NCBI GenBank assembly: GCA_963695225.1
Contig: OY968762.1
Span: 832,001-896,000, forward strand
Direction: 5' to 3'
Length of the DNA: 64,000 nt
DNA from: Vulcanimicrobiota bacterium
GTDB lineage: Bacteria > Vulcanimicrobiota > Vulcanimicrobiia > Vulcanimicrobiales > Vulcanimicrobiaceae
Shown piece by piece: positions 1 through 10,297 of this stretch. The notes beneath the pieces were generated by a model. It made no database searches and had not been told where the DNA came from. It worked only from the letters and a program-made list of their open reading frames with translations. The translations under genes and the position numbers were made by a program. How positions within the stretch are numbered: the stretch's first letter is position 1; every line of letters starts with the position of its first letter.

Positions 1-699
1 GTGGCGGAATACGTGCCCTCCGATCGTCTGCGGCCAGAGGCAGAACGTGCACTTCGCCGTGCAGCCGCGCCCGGTGTACCACGAGACGTACGGGTGCAAC
101 AGGTAGCCGTTGTAATACTTGCGCACGTCGAGGAACTTCGCGTACGTCGGCAGGACGCTCGGCATCGCGTCCCAATCCGCGATCAGCGGACGCTCGGCCG
201 TGCGCTGCAGCTCGCCGTTCTCGTCGCGATACGAGAGGCCCAGGATCTCGTTCCAGGGGCGCCCCTCGGCGAGTTCCTTGCACGTGTAATCGAACTCGTT
301 GCGGCAGGCGAAATCGATGATTTCGTGCGCGCGCAGGGTCTGCTCCGGCAACACGGCGACGTGCGCGCCGATGAAGCCGACCTTGAGCTTCGGGTTTTGC
401 GCCTTCAGGCGTCTGGCGCACTCCACGTCGTTCGGCAGCGAGGGCGTGCTCGTGTGCATGATGACGAGGTCGCGATCTTTGACGAGCGCGAGGACGTCCT
501 CGATCGTCTGGCCGTGGGGCGCGGCATCGACGAGCGTGCTCCCCGGGACGAGCGCTGCGGGCTGGGCGAGCCACGTGGGATACCAGAACGAGGTGACTTC
601 GCGCTTCGCCTGATACCGGGCGCCGGCTCCGCCGTCGAATCCGTCGAACGACGGCGGACTCAGGAACATCGTCTTGAGGGCGGCACTTCCTTGACTCAT
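1..699 (-). CDS. hpnJ: Hopanoid biosynthesis-associated radical SAM protein HpnJ (3' end runs off the window)
   Basis: Not in the ORF track. Manual translation from ATG 699: MSQGSAALKTMFLSPPSFDGFDGGAGARYQAKREVTSFWYPTWLAQPAALVP...HPYVSWYTGRGCTAKCTFCLWPQTIGGH. CxxxCxxC motif and HpnJ-typical N-terminus. Confidence 0.9.
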   Translation of the reverse strand, partial: MSQGSAALKTMFLSPPSFDGFDGGAGARYQAKREVTSFWYPTWLAQPAALVPGSTLVDAAPHGQTIEDVLALVKDRDLVIMHTSTPSLPNDVECARRLKAQNPKLKVGFIGAHVAVLPEQTLRAHEIIDFACRNEFDYTCKELAEGRPWNEILGLSYRDENGELQRTAERPLIADWDAMPSVLPTYAKFLDVRKYYNGYLLHPYVSWYTGRGCTAKCTFCLWPQTIGGHVFRH

Positions 700-827
700 C
701 CGGGGATAGTCGAACGCACTCCGGCCCGATCCCTCCTACGACCGTTGCCTCAGCCGCGCCGCGGGAGGAGGCGGCACGTTGCGACGCTGCTCGACGAGAT
801 AAGCGTTCGGGCGTCCGTCCGCAGCCT

Positions 828-863
828 AAAGAAAAAGAGAGGGCAGTTCCCGCCTGCCCTCTC
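828..863 (-). terminator. Rho-independent terminator
   Basis: GAGAGGGCAG/CTGCCCTCTC 10-bp stem followed by a T-rich tract on the minus strand, just downstream of the 891-1562 gene. Confidence 0.7.
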
Positions 864-890
864 CCTCACGGGTCGCGCGCGATCCGGCCG

Positions 891-1562
891 TCAGCCGCCG
901 CTGCGACCGTTGTGCGACGATTCCTTGCTGTTCGCGAGGTGCTTGGTCGTGGTGTCACGGACGGCTTCGAGATTCGAGACGCCCGCCTTCATGAGGTCGC
1001 GCGCGGCCTCGAAGCCGAAGTCACGCATCTTCGCGGAGTGGTCGAGCCAGGTCCGGGTCAGTTCGGCCGTCTTCTTGCCGCTCGCCTCGAATTCCGCGAT
1101 CGACAGGGAGACGATCTCGCTCGTCCGGTCGACGTGTTCGCGAGCCGCTTGTTCGAGCGTGACCGGCCCATACGGACGCGAGACGATATCGTAGAGCGCT
1201 TTGAAGTAGTCGAGCCTGCGGCGGCTCGCCGCGGCGTAGGCATCGACCACGATCGAGTACGCTTCGCCCGAAAGCGCGAGGTACGGGTTCGTCGCTTTCG
1301 CCTCGACCGGCGCATCCGTCTGCACGCTCGCCGCGGCCGCCTGCTTCGCCGGCGGCTCGGCGGGCATCTTCACGAAGTCGTCGTGGCCGGTGATCGTCAC
1401 CACCTTCGCCGCGGGCGCCGGCTTCGGAGCCGGTTCGCTATGGACCGCGGTCGCGGACGCCGGCGCGGCCGTTTCGACGAGGCGCTCAACCATGGGTGCA
1501 CCATCGCCGATCGTCGTTGTTTTCTCCCCCGCCGGTTCGGCGGGTTCACCTTTAGCCATCAT
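891..1562 (-). CDS. Hypothetical protein with Ala/Pro-rich N-terminus and phasin-like helical C-terminus
   Basis: GAGGA RBS before ATG 1562; amphipathic-looking helical C-terminal half; terminator follows. Confidence 0.55.
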   Translation of the reverse strand: MMAKGEPAEPAGEKTTTIGDGAPMVERLVETAAPASATAVHSEPAPKPAPAAKVVTITGHDDFVKMPAEPPAKQAAAASVQTDAPVEAKATNPYLALSGEAYSIVVDAYAAASRRRLDYFKALYDIVSRPYGPVTLEQAAREHVDRTSEIVSLSIAEFEASGKKTAELTRTWLDHSAKMRDFGFEAARDLMKAGVSNLEAVRDTTTKHLANSKESSHNGRSGG

Positions 1563-1905
1563 CTTGTCCTCAAAGAGCGAGTTCGAAAGCGAATGAGGTC
1601 GCGCAAGCGCGCGCAGAGGGCGGCGAAGCACCGGGTAGGTCGGGCCGTCGGGAGAGCTTGCATCTCAACCGCAAAACCTGCACGCACGCGCGGAGTGGAA
1701 CAGCCACTCATAGTATGCCCCGAAGCGTTTCCCCGTAACCAAGCAAACGCTCACAGATTTTGCGAACCGCGCTCGCTCGCGTCGATTGCGCGAACGAGCT
1801 TGCCTTGCCGCGGCGCCGGGGAGAGGAGAACGAAGCGGGGCCTTAATCCGTTTCTAATGGGAGTCTAAGCGTTTTCCGGGACTCCACCGGTAGGATCGTA
1901 TCGAG

Positions 1906-2529
1906 ATGATCAGACACATTGCGGCCGCTTTGTCGGCAACTACCCTGGCTGCGCTCTTCGCAGCGGCGCCTCTTGCCGCCCAGGCACAGCCCGTCCCCTC
2001 CTACGCGCGGCAGCCGTCGTACGCGAATCCCGAGGAGCAGATCCGCGGCAGGGTCGCGAGTTTCGACGGGCGCTTCGACTTGACGGTCCGCGACGAGCGC
2101 GGCTTCCTCGACAACGTTCGGTTGCGTCCCGGCACGATCATCAATCCGACGGGAATCACGCTCGACGGCGGAATGATCGTGAGCATCTTCGGCTACAACG
2201 CGGGACCGTATTTCGCCGCGAACGAGATCGACACGCCCTACACGTTTTACGGAGGGATACCGTACTACTACGGCCATCCGTGGCGTTATTACGGGCCGAC
2301 CGTGAGCCTCGACTTCTTCTTCGGCAACCCTGTCTGGTGGCACGGCAACTACTACCACGGCGGGTACTACTATCACGGCGGCGCACGGGTCTACCGCGAC
2401 GTGGCGCCCCGTCACGCTTACGACGCCGGGCCGCCGCACGGCTACGACCACGGCGGGCCGCCGCCCGGCTACGACCACGGCGGGCCGGGCCACGGCTACG
2501 AACACGGAGACGGGCACGATCGCAGGTAA
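1906..2529 (+). CDS. Secreted hypothetical protein with Tyr/Gly/His-rich tail
   Basis: Signal peptide (AAQA); C-terminal 27-bp repeats encoding GYDHGGP. Confidence 0.7.
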   Translation: MIRHIAAALSATTLAALFAAAPLAAQAQPVPSYARQPSYANPEEQIRGRVASFDGRFDLTVRDERGFLDNVRLRPGTIINPTGITLDGGMIVSIFGYNAGPYFAANEIDTPYTFYGGIPYYYGHPWRYYGPTVSLDFFFGNPVWWHGNYYHGGYYYHGGARVYRDVAPRHAYDAGPPHGYDHGGPPPGYDHGGPGHGYEHGDGHDRR

Positions 2530-2617
2530 CCCGCGAGTTCTCGCCATCAAGCGGTAGTCCGGAGGCCGGAAGGCGAAGCGCTCTCCACTTCCCCCGAACC
2601 GGCCGAGGGTTCTCCGC

Positions 2618-3064
2618 GTGCGTACAGCTCTTCTCAGTGCCGCGATCGTCGCATCGCTCGCAACCGGCGCCGGCGCCCAAACGCCCCCGCCGCACCCCGC
2701 GGGCGGCCACGTGATGCACCTGATCAAGCTGCCGAACGGGGACTACACGGTCCCGCTGCGCGAGTTGGAGGCTTCGGGCACGAACGGCAGCGTAACGGTG
2801 CATCCGCAAGGGCTCAAGACGCTCGTCACCGTCACGGTCTCCGGCAAGCCGAAACGCAAGCACGTCTTCAACCTCGTGTCGGGGGCGGATTGCGGCATCC
2901 TGGGCGCGCCGGCGGCCATCCCTCTCACGCCGGCCTTGACCGGCCAGCCGTCGCGAACGGTCATCTCGCTGCCGATCGACAGTTTGACCTCGAAAGACTA
3001 CGTTCTGACCGCGCAAGACGCAACGAACAGAGCGCAATTCCGGGAAGCCTGCGCGCGATTCTAG
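2618..3064 (+). CDS. Secreted hypothetical protein, possibly CHRD/Cu-Zn SOD-like beta fold
   Basis: Signal peptide, two Cys, SGTNGSVTV pattern. Fold call is tentative. Confidence 0.55.
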   Translation: MRTALLSAAIVASLATGAGAQTPPPHPAGGHVMHLIKLPNGDYTVPLRELEASGTNGSVTVHPQGLKTLVTVTVSGKPKRKHVFNLVSGADCGILGAPAAIPLTPALTGQPSRTVISLPIDSLTSKDYVLTAQDATNRAQFREACARF

Positions 3065-3077
3065 AGGCGCTCCTCCA

Positions 3078-4196
3078 ATGGCACGCATCCTCTTCGAGAA
3101 CGCGGGGAAGACGTATCCCGGAAACGTCCGCGCGGTCGACGATCTCTCCCTCGAAGTTTGCGACGGTGAGTGCTTGGCCGTCGTCGGCCCGTCCGGTTGC
3201 GGGAAATCGACCGTCCTACGGATGATCGCGGGGCTCGAATCGCTCACTTCCGGGACGCTGCGCATCGGGGAGCGCATTGTGAACGACGTACCGGCTAGCG
3301 AGCGCGACATCGCGATGGTCTTTCAGAACTACGCGCTCTATCCGCACATGACGGTCGCGCAGAACCTCGCATTCGCGCTCGAAATCCGCAAGGTGCCGGC
3401 TACCGAGCGCGCGACGCGCGTCGCGGAAGTCGCGGAGGCGCTCGGGATCGCCGGCCTCTTGAAGCGCCGCCCCGCTCAGCTCTCCGGCGGGCAGCGCCAG
3501 CGCGTCGCGATGGGGCGCGCGATCGTCCGCCGCCCGCAGATCTATCTGATGGACGAGCCGCTCTCCAATCTCGACGCGCGGCTGCGCGTCGAGATGCGAA
3601 CCGAGCTCAAGCGTTTGCACCAGCGGCTGGCGGTGACGACCGTCTACGTCACGCACGATCAGATCGAGGCGATGACGCTGGGCGATCGCATCGCCGTCAT
3701 GCGCGACGGGCGCCTGCAACAGCTCGGTACGCCCGAGACGCTGTTCAACGAACCGGCGAACGTGTTCGTCGCCGAGTTCATCGGCTCGCCCTCGATGAAC
3801 TTCGCGCGCGGCCGCCTCGTGGCGGACGGCGAGCCGCGCCTCGTCGTCGGCGAACGCTCCTTCTCGCTCGGTCCCGCAACGTTCGCAAACCGCCCCGCGC
3901 TGCGCGCGCACTTCGGCCGCGACGTGATCGTCGGCATCCGTCCGGACGATTTCGAACTGCGCGCCGACCCGAACGGCGCGTTCGTGTTCGACGCCGTCCC
4001 CGAGGTCGTCGAGGTCCTGGGCAACGTGCAGGACGTCGTGTTCGCGCTCGATTCGAACGGGCAGGCCTCGAGCGACAAGCTGTGGACCGCTAGCCTTCCC
4101 GCCCGCTCGCCCGTGCGGCGCGGCGAGCGGCTCCGGCTCGCGATCGATCCTGAGCGAGTCCACTTCTTCGATGCGCAGACGCAGGCTATCCGCTGA
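3078..4196 (+). CDS. CUT1 ABC transporter ATP-binding protein (UgpC/MalK family)
   Basis: Walker A GPSGCGKST, LSGGQRQR, MDEPLSNLDA, VTHDQ. Confidence 0.95.
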   Translation: MARILFENAGKTYPGNVRAVDDLSLEVCDGECLAVVGPSGCGKSTVLRMIAGLESLTSGTLRIGERIVNDVPASERDIAMVFQNYALYPHMTVAQNLAFALEIRKVPATERATRVAEVAEALGIAGLLKRRPAQLSGGQRQRVAMGRAIVRRPQIYLMDEPLSNLDARLRVEMRTELKRLHQRLAVTTVYVTHDQIEAMTLGDRIAVMRDGRLQQLGTPETLFNEPANVFVAEFIGSPSMNFARGRLVADGEPRLVVGERSFSLGPATFANRPALRAHFGRDVIVGIRPDDFELRADPNGAFVFDAVPEVVEVLGNVQDVVFALDSNGQASSDKLWTASLPARSPVRRGERLRLAIDPERVHFFDAQTQAIR

Positions 4197-4199
4197 CGC

Positions 4200-4991
4200 C
4201 TAGTCCTCCGGCATGAAGCGCTCGATCCAGCGCCCGCGGCCCCGTTCGTCGATCTCGAAGATGACGGCGCCGACTTCGATGTCGCCGTCCGCGAGCGTCC
4301 AGGCGGGCCTTTCGGCCTTTCGCGTACCCGCGACGAAATAGTCGGCGCCGATACCGACGATGCCGTCGCGCCGCCCCGTCATCCCGACCTCCGCGACGAA
4401 CAGCGTGTGGCGCGGAAGCGTGCGCAACCGCAGCGACGGTTCATGCACGTGCGTGCCGAGCACCGCGGCGACTTCGCCGTCGACGGCGTGCGCGAACGCA
4501 TGCTTCTCGATCACCCAGTCTGCGTGGAAATCGACGATGAAGGTCGCGGCGGGATGCCGCGCGCGCGCCCGCTCGTAGACCGCCAGCGGATTCTCCGCGC
4601 GCGCGAGCGAGCCGAGCGCCGTCGGCCCGATCAGGTTCAGAACGGCGATCTCCATTCCCGCAACCTCAACGACGCAGAGTCCGCTTCCCGGGAACTCGCC
4701 CGGGACGTTGTGCGGGCGCAGTACGCGCGAATCGGCGAACGCTTCGCTCCCGGCGTCCCACGAGTGGTTCCCACCCGTGATCACGTCGACGCCCGCCGCC
4801 CGCAGCTGCTGAGCGAGCTCAGGCGTGATGCCGAAACCGCGTGCCGGATCCGGTGCATCGCCGACCGCGGCGTTCTCCGCGTTGGCGATCACGAGATCGA
4901 TCCCGTTCGCCGCGCGCCAGCCCGTAAGGCGCGCAGCGATGTGCCCGACCCCGTCCGGGCCCACGATGTCGCCGAAGAACAGCACCCTCAT
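4200..4991 (-). CDS. YmdB-like metallophosphoesterase
   Basis: MRVLFFGDIVG, NAEN, TGGNHSWD, VDFHA, GTHVH, VGMTG motifs. True start is ATG 4991, not the ORF-track start. Confidence 0.9.
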   Translation of the reverse strand: MRVLFFGDIVGPDGVGHIAARLTGWRAANGIDLVIANAENAAVGDAPDPARGFGITPELAQQLRAAGVDVITGGNHSWDAGSEAFADSRVLRPHNVPGEFPGSGLCVVEVAGMEIAVLNLIGPTALGSLARAENPLAVYERARARHPAATFIVDFHADWVIEKHAFAHAVDGEVAAVLGTHVHEPSLRLRTLPRHTLFVAEVGMTGRRDGIVGIGADYFVAGTRKAERPAWTLADGDIEVGAVIFEIDERGRGRWIERFMPED

Positions 4992-5794
4992 CCCTTGACC
5001 GCACCTTCCTGCAGCGTTTGGAGAATCTGCCGCCGGACCGCGAGATACGCGGCGAGCGTCGGCACCGTCGCGAGCGTTGCGGCCGCCATCAGCGGTCCCC
5101 AACGGCTCCCACCTTCCCCGTTTGCGAAGTTCTGTACTCCGACGGTCAGCGTCATCAGATCGGTCTTCGGCGCGACGAGCAGCGGCCAGACGTACTGGTT
5201 CCACGTGCTCACGAAGATGAACACGCCGAGCGCGACGATCGTCGGCCGGGTGGCCGGCACGACGATGCGCCACAGGATCGCGAGCGAGCCCGCGCCGTCG
5301 ATGTGGGCCGCTTCGACGATCGAGCGGGGGAAGCGGCGGAAGTGCTGGCGGAGCAAGAAGATTCCGTAGGCGCTCGCGAGCTGCGGAACGATCAGCCCTG
5401 CGAACGTATTGAGCAGCCCGAGATGCGCGAGCAGCAGGTAGTTCGGGATGTACGTCACGACGAACGGCACCGGAAGCGTCGCGATGAACAGCACGAACAG
5501 CAGATTCCGCCCCGGGAAATGGCGGAACGCGAGCGCGTACGCGGCCGGAATCGCGAGCGCGAGCTGCCCGAGCGTCACGCCGAGCGCGTAGACGATGCTC
5601 ACGCCGAGCATATGAAAGTAGTTGAGACGCGCGACGGCCTCGGCATAGTTGTCGAGCGTAAAGTGCGCCGAGAACGGATTCAACGGCGAGGCGAAGACGT
5701 CGCCGGGGGTCTTGAAGCCCATACCCAGCATGTACAGAAGCGGCACGAACATCGCGGCCGAGGTCAGGCCCAGCATCGCGCGGCGCCCGCTCAC
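4988..5794 (-). CDS. Carbohydrate ABC transporter permease (UgpE/MalG-like)
   Basis: EAAHIDGA loop, multiple TM segments; GTG start overlaps the upstream stop. Confidence 0.9.
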   Translation of the reverse strand: MSGRRAMLGLTSAAMFVPLLYMLGMGFKTPGDVFASPLNPFSAHFTLDNYAEAVARLNYFHMLGVSIVYALGVTLGQLALAIPAAYALAFRHFPGRNLLFVLFIATLPVPFVVTYIPNYLLLAHLGLLNTFAGLIVPQLASAYGIFLLRQHFRRFPRSIVEAAHIDGAGSLAILWRIVVPATRPTIVALGVFIFVSTWNQYVWPLLVAPKTDLMTLTVGVQNFANGEGGSRWGPLMAAATLATVPTLAAYLAVRRQILQTLQEGAVKG

Positions 5795-6696
5795 GCGGCA
5801 CCCTCCCCCGTTGCGTCGCGTTCGAGCAGCCGAATCTGCCAAATCGCAGCGGCGCTCAAGAGCACGAGCATCAGGATCGCCTTCGCGCTCGCCTTCCCCG
5901 CGATGAAATACTGAAAGCCGTCCTGATAGACGCTGTAGACGAGCTGGTTGCTGCTGTTCGCCGGGCCGCCGACCGTCAACACCTGGATGGGGACGAACGT
6001 GATCTCGAGCGCCTGCAGGAACGTCGTGACCGCGACGAACACGAGCGCCGGCGCGATCATCGGCAGCACGACGCGGCGCAGCAGCGTGAGCCCGCGCGCG
6101 CCGTCGAGGCGCGCCGCTTCGAGGAGCTCCGCCGGGATCGCGGCGAGCGCCGCGATCAGAAAGAGATAGTTGAAGCCCAGGTATTTCCACGCTGCGATCG
6201 CGGAGATCGACCACAGCGCGAGGTGCGGATCGTTCAGCCACACCGGAGCGCCCAAATGCAGCGCGCTCAGGAGCGCGTTCAGCGGGCCGCCCTGAGGGAG
6301 CAGGATCCAGAGCCAGAGCAAGGCGCCTATCGAGATCGGCACGACCGTCGGCGTGAAGATCAGCGACTGCCAGAACACGCCTTCGCGCCGCGCGAGCCCC
6401 ACGGTTGCGAGCGCGAGCCCGAGCGGAACGAGGAAATCGCCGGCTAGCGCGGCCACGACGTACAGCACGCTCTGCCGGACGACGTCCCAGAAGGCCGGAT
6501 CGCTTAAGATCGAAGCGTAATTCGCCCAGCCCACGAAGGCGTTGTTCGGCGAGACGAGGTTCCAATCGTAGAAGCTGATCCGCAGCGTCTCGACCGTGGG
6601 CACGATCAAGAACGCTGCGATGACGATCAGCGCCGGTGCGCAGTACGCGTACGCGACGAGGGCGTCCCGTACGCGCGAACGGCTTACGGCGTGCAG
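5791..6696 (-). CDS. Carbohydrate ABC transporter permease (UgpA/MalF-like)
   Basis: EAARLDGA loop, VGWANY. Start uncertain (CTG 6696 after GGGGAAAG). Confidence 0.88.
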   Translation of the reverse strand: MHAVSRSRVRDALVAYAYCAPALIVIAAFLIVPTVETLRISFYDWNLVSPNNAFVGWANYASILSDPAFWDVVRQSVLYVVAALAGDFLVPLGLALATVGLARREGVFWQSLIFTPTVVPISIGALLWLWILLPQGGPLNALLSALHLGAPVWLNDPHLALWSISAIAAWKYLGFNYLFLIAALAAIPAELLEAARLDGARGLTLLRRVVLPMIAPALVFVAVTTFLQALEITFVPIQVLTVGGPANSSNQLVYSVYQDGFQYFIAGKASAKAILMLVLLSAAAIWQIRLLERDATGEGAA

Positions 6697-7964
6697 CTTT
6701 CCCCCGCGATCAGGCCGTTCACCGTGTTCGCCGCATCGTGCAGCGCGTCGGCTGCGGTCGCTTGCCCGGCAAGCGAGCGCTGTAGGGCGTTGAACAAGGC
6801 TTGCTGAGCCGCGAGCCCGTTCTTCCCGGGGAACGACGTCCACGGCACGGTGTCGGCGGTCTGCTTGATCGCGATCCGCTCGATCGGGTTCGATTTGAGG
6901 AAATCGCCGAGCGGCCGTTCGTCGTTGTTGAAAGGGATGTAGCCCGTGCCCTTGGTCCACACCGCGAACGCTTCCGGCGATTCGAGGAATTGGATGAACT
7001 TCAGCGCGGCATCGCGTTTGGCGGGGTCTTGCGAGAAGACCATGAGCACGTTCCCGCCGCCGGGGAGGCGAGCCGGCGAGCCCGCGAACGTCGGGAAGGT
7101 CGTCCCGCGCAGATCGAACGTCGCGTTCTTCTGCAGGTTGTTGCGCTTGCCGATCGTCGTCACGAACGTCGCGACCTGCCCGGCCAGGAACGCCTGTTCC
7201 CCCTGGTTCCACAGCACGTTCAGCGCGTTTCCGTTCTTGACCTGATCGGCCCAGAACTGGATGCCGGCCGCCGCTTTCGGCGAATCGAACGCGGCCTTCC
7301 ATTGACCGCCGCTGCACTGCAGCATCCGGCCGCCCGCCGATTCGATCATCGATTGCGTCGACCAGTTGTCGTCGAGGACCTGAATGTAGATCCCCGGCTT
7401 GCCCGTCTTCTGTTTGATGACGGTCGCGGCTTTCGCCCAGTCATCCCACGTCTGCGGCGGGGAATCGGGGTTGAGCCCGGCGGCCTTGAGCATATCGGCG
7501 TTGTAATACGTCAGGATGTTCGAAAGCGCATACGGCATCCCGACGAGCTTCCCGTTGCGCGTGCCGAGGCGTTCGACGCTCTTGGGGAAGTTCGCGAGAA
7601 ACGCGGTCTGTTGCGCGCCTAGGAGATCGCCGACCGGCACGTACGGGAAGTTCTTCGTGACGTAGTCGACGTACAGGTAGCCGATCTGCGCGACGTCGGG
7701 CGGATTCTTCGCCGCGATGCGCGTCTGCAGGTTCTCGAGCAGACCGGTATAGGTGTTCGGCTGGAAGTGTTCCTCGACCGTGATCCCCGGATATTTCTGT
7801 TGGAACATCGCGACCAGCTCGCGCACCGCGGGCCCGCCGAACGACTCCGTGTTGACGTGCCAATACTCGATCGTCACGGGCTTCTGGTCGTCGGCGAGAG
7901 CGGTCCCGACTCCGGCGCCCAGCGCGCACGCCAAAGCGAGCGCAAAAAGACGAAGACGCTTCAC
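6684..7964 (-). CDS. ABC transporter substrate-binding protein (UgpB-like)
   Basis: Signal peptide, GGAGG RBS, PPDVAQ, GMPY, YYNADM, PPQTWDD motifs. Confidence 0.92.
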   Translation of the reverse strand: MKRLRLFALALACALGAGVGTALADDQKPVTIEYWHVNTESFGGPAVRELVAMFQQKYPGITVEEHFQPNTYTGLLENLQTRIAAKNPPDVAQIGYLYVDYVTKNFPYVPVGDLLGAQQTAFLANFPKSVERLGTRNGKLVGMPYALSNILTYYNADMLKAAGLNPDSPPQTWDDWAKAATVIKQKTGKPGIYIQVLDDNWSTQSMIESAGGRMLQCSGGQWKAAFDSPKAAAGIQFWADQVKNGNALNVLWNQGEQAFLAGQVATFVTTIGKRNNLQKNATFDLRGTTFPTFAGSPARLPGGGNVLMVFSQDPAKRDAALKFIQFLESPEAFAVWTKGTGYIPFNNDERPLGDFLKSNPIERIAIKQTADTVPWTSFPGKNGLAAQQALFNALQRSLAGQATAADALHDAANTVNGLIAGESCTP

Positions 7965-8084
7965 ATCCAGCCTCCGTATGCATGCCGCACAGCGCGACGC
8001 CGAGAGTATAGCGCGGGCACTTTAAGACGACATCAAGGCCGAGGCTAGAACCAGCCGCCGGCCCCTCGCGGCAGGCGAGCGCGG

Positions 8085-8714
8085 TCAGCTCACCGAGAAC
8101 AGCGATTCTTTTGCGAAGCGTTCCCGCAAGAAGCGGCCGTTGGTGAGCAGTGCCTGGGCGTCGTTCGTGGTGAGGTTGGCCGCGATCTCCTTCATCTTGC
8201 CGTCGAGCACGGTCAATTGCTCGTAGAGCAGGGTCTTCGCGGTCTTTCCGTCCGCAACGGGTTGCAAGTTCCGGTAGGCCGCCGGCAGCTTCAGATAGCC
8301 CTCGATCGTCTCCGGCAGATAGTGCAGCGCGGTCTGGCGGATCGTATACGCATCCTGATCCCCGGCGCCGTGCGACTTGTCGTCCAGCATCGGGAGGATC
8401 GCGTCGATCGACGATTCTAGGCTCTTCACGAGCGCGAGCACGTCGGGCGGGAGCAGTTTCCCGACCCGCCCCACGAACGCCGCAAGTTGGGCCTTCACTT
8501 CGTCGGCGGTCATGCCGGCCTCGAACGAGGCGGGATCGACCTGCGGCTGGCCCGGGGTCGCGAGAAAGCCTATGCCGTAGGCCCCCGCGACGATCTCCGG
8601 CCAATAATCGTGGATCGCTCCCGTGAAGAACGCGCCCAGCGCCGCCAAGCCGAGGACGCAGCCCGCGATGTTCTTGTTGCTATAGACGAAGAGCAGAAAC
8701 GGCGACGGTGTCAT
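8085..8714 (-). CDS. Membrane-anchored hypothetical protein (XpaC-like partner of TelA)
   Basis: Two N-terminal TM helices, YLPETIEGYLKLP, C-terminal RFLRERF; last gene of the telA/vWA operon. Confidence 0.7.
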   Translation of the reverse strand: MTPSPFLLFVYSNKNIAGCVLGLAALGAFFTGAIHDYWPEIVAGAYGIGFLATPGQPQVDPASFEAGMTADEVKAQLAAFVGRVGKLLPPDVLALVKSLESSIDAILPMLDDKSHGAGDQDAYTIRQTALHYLPETIEGYLKLPAAYRNLQPVADGKTAKTLLYEQLTVLDGKMKEIAANLTTNDAQALLTNGRFLRERFAKESLFSVS

Positions 8715-10297
8715 TGATAGCCGCGGATCTCTTTGAATACGTTACTGAGCGACTCGTGCTTGCCGTCGAACATCCGCCCGCCCGTGATCTCGGCGAGATG
8801 CTGGAGCGCGACGCTATCGCCTTCGCCGAAAAGAATCGGGAAGATCTTGACCCGCTGCTCCGGCGGCAGCGCGGCATACTTCCGCTCGAACGTCGCCGCA
8901 TCGTCGCAGCGGTTGTTCTCGCCGTCCGTCATCAAAACAATCGAATAGTAGCGCGCGCCCTCGCTCCGCCGCGACTGCTGCGCATCCGCCAGCGCCTCCT
9001 CGAGCGCGCAGTAGATCGCGGTCGACCCGCCGGGCTGGAGGTTGTCCGCGTACGTCTTCACGGCGCCGAGCGTCGCCGTATCGTCGGAGGAGTGCATCTC
9101 GAGATCGACCGGCGCCGTCGTCCCGTCGGAAAAGGAGATCAGCGTGATCTTCTCGCGATTCTGGAAGCGCGCGAACTTCCCGGTGAGCGTGGAGTCGCCG
9201 CCCGCAAGCGTGTAGAGCGCGTGCCGGACGCCGTCGATGCGGGCGCCCTTCATAGAGCCGCTGGTGTCGAGCACGTAGAACGAGTGCGCCGGGACCCGAT
9301 TCTCGTTGAGGTACCGCAGCAGCACGCCGTCGACGGTCGCGAGCGAATTCGGAAACGCGATCTCGTTGCGGACGCCGGTGGGGAACTCACTCGCAAGCTT
9401 GACGTTGGGGTTGACGGGGCGGCGCTCGGTCCGGTCCATCACGAGCTGCTGGAACTCGTCGCCCACGAGATACGCCGCGACCTTGTCGTAGAGCGCCCGC
9501 TTGGAAGCGTCCAGCAGCAGCAGCGGGTAGTCCGCCGTCACCACGCCTTCCTTCGGATAGATCAGGACGAGCTTCTCCTTCAGTTGCGAGCCCTTGTCGA
9601 GCGCGAGGAGGTTCGCTTCGTAGTTGACGATGCCGTCGAGCTGGTCTTGGTCGCGCACGTACGCGTCGACGAGCCAGCCCGAGCTTCCGGCCGTCAGCCG
9701 CTGCCCTCGGAAGAACGAGCGCAGCAGGGACGAGTCGACGTCGCCGGCTCGCAGCACGTCGCCCGTCCCCGCGAACGCCGTCGCGACCGCGATCACGGCG
9801 CTGAAGCCGCTGTTCGAGCTCGTAGGGTTCGTCATCGCGTAGCGGAAGCTGCCGTCGGCCGCCTTCGCTTCGATGGTCTTCCACGAGGTTTCGGGCGTCC
9901 AGCCGAAGCGGCTCGCGACGCTCTGCTTGACGCCGATGACGACCGGCGAGAGCATGATCCGTTCTTGCGCCTTGACCCGGTGCTGCTTGTCGGCCAGCAG
10001 CAGGTACTTGTCGTTCGCGAACCAGGCCGCGTCGAAATGCTCGCCGTTGCGGATCCGGTCGATGCCGGCCAGCGTGCCGCTGTACTCGGGGACGATCTGC
10101 ACGCCCGTGCGCTCGCGGATCTGGCCGAAATACGGCTCGAGATCCTTGAGTTCGGACCCTGCGATCACGTGCAGCGTGCTCGACGCATCCGGGGCCGGCG
10201 TGGCCGTCCCGCTGCCCTGCGACGACGAGCCGCCGCAAGCGGTCACCAGGAGGCACGCGAGGAGTGCCCCGGCGAGCGCGCCGAGCCGCTTACGCAT
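8711..10297 (-). CDS. Lipoprotein with solute-binding domain and vWA domain
   Basis: Lipobox VTAC, AGSELKDL, PTSSNSG, MIDAS DTSGSM, TAIY, MTDGENN. Confidence 0.9.
   Translation of the reverse strand: MRKRLGALAGALLACLLVTACGGSSSQGSGTATPAPDASSTLHVIAGSELKDLEPYFGQIRERTGVQIVPEYSGTLAGIDRIRNGEHFDAAWFANDKYLLLADKQHRVKAQERIMLSPVVIGVKQSVASRFGWTPETSWKTIEAKAADGSFRYAMTNPTSSNSGFSAVIAVATAFAGTGDVLRAGDVDSSLLRSFFRGQRLTAGSSGWLVDAYVRDQDQLDGIVNYEANLLALDKGSQLKEKLVLIYPKEGVVTADYPLLLLDASKRALYDKVAAYLVGDEFQQLVMDRTERRPVNPNVKLASEFPTGVRNEIAFPNSLATVDGVLLRYLNENRVPAHSFYVLDTSGSMKGARIDGVRHALYTLAGGDSTLTGKFARFQNREKITLISFSDGTTAPVDLEMHSSDDTATLGAVKTYADNLQPGGSTAIYCALEEALADAQQSRRSEGARYYSIVLMTDGENNRCDDAATFERKYAALPPEQRVKIFPILFGEGDSVALQHLAEITGGRMFDGKHESLSNVFKEIRGYQ

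Noticed and set aside
1..1194. Long plus-strand ORF, and similar long antisense ORFs such as 8708-10312, 9873-11534 and 32966-34702
   Set aside because: High-GC shadow ORFs opposite well-supported genes.
2417..2510. 27-bp tandem repeat
   Set aside because: Ordinary low-complexity coding repeat (GYDHGGP).
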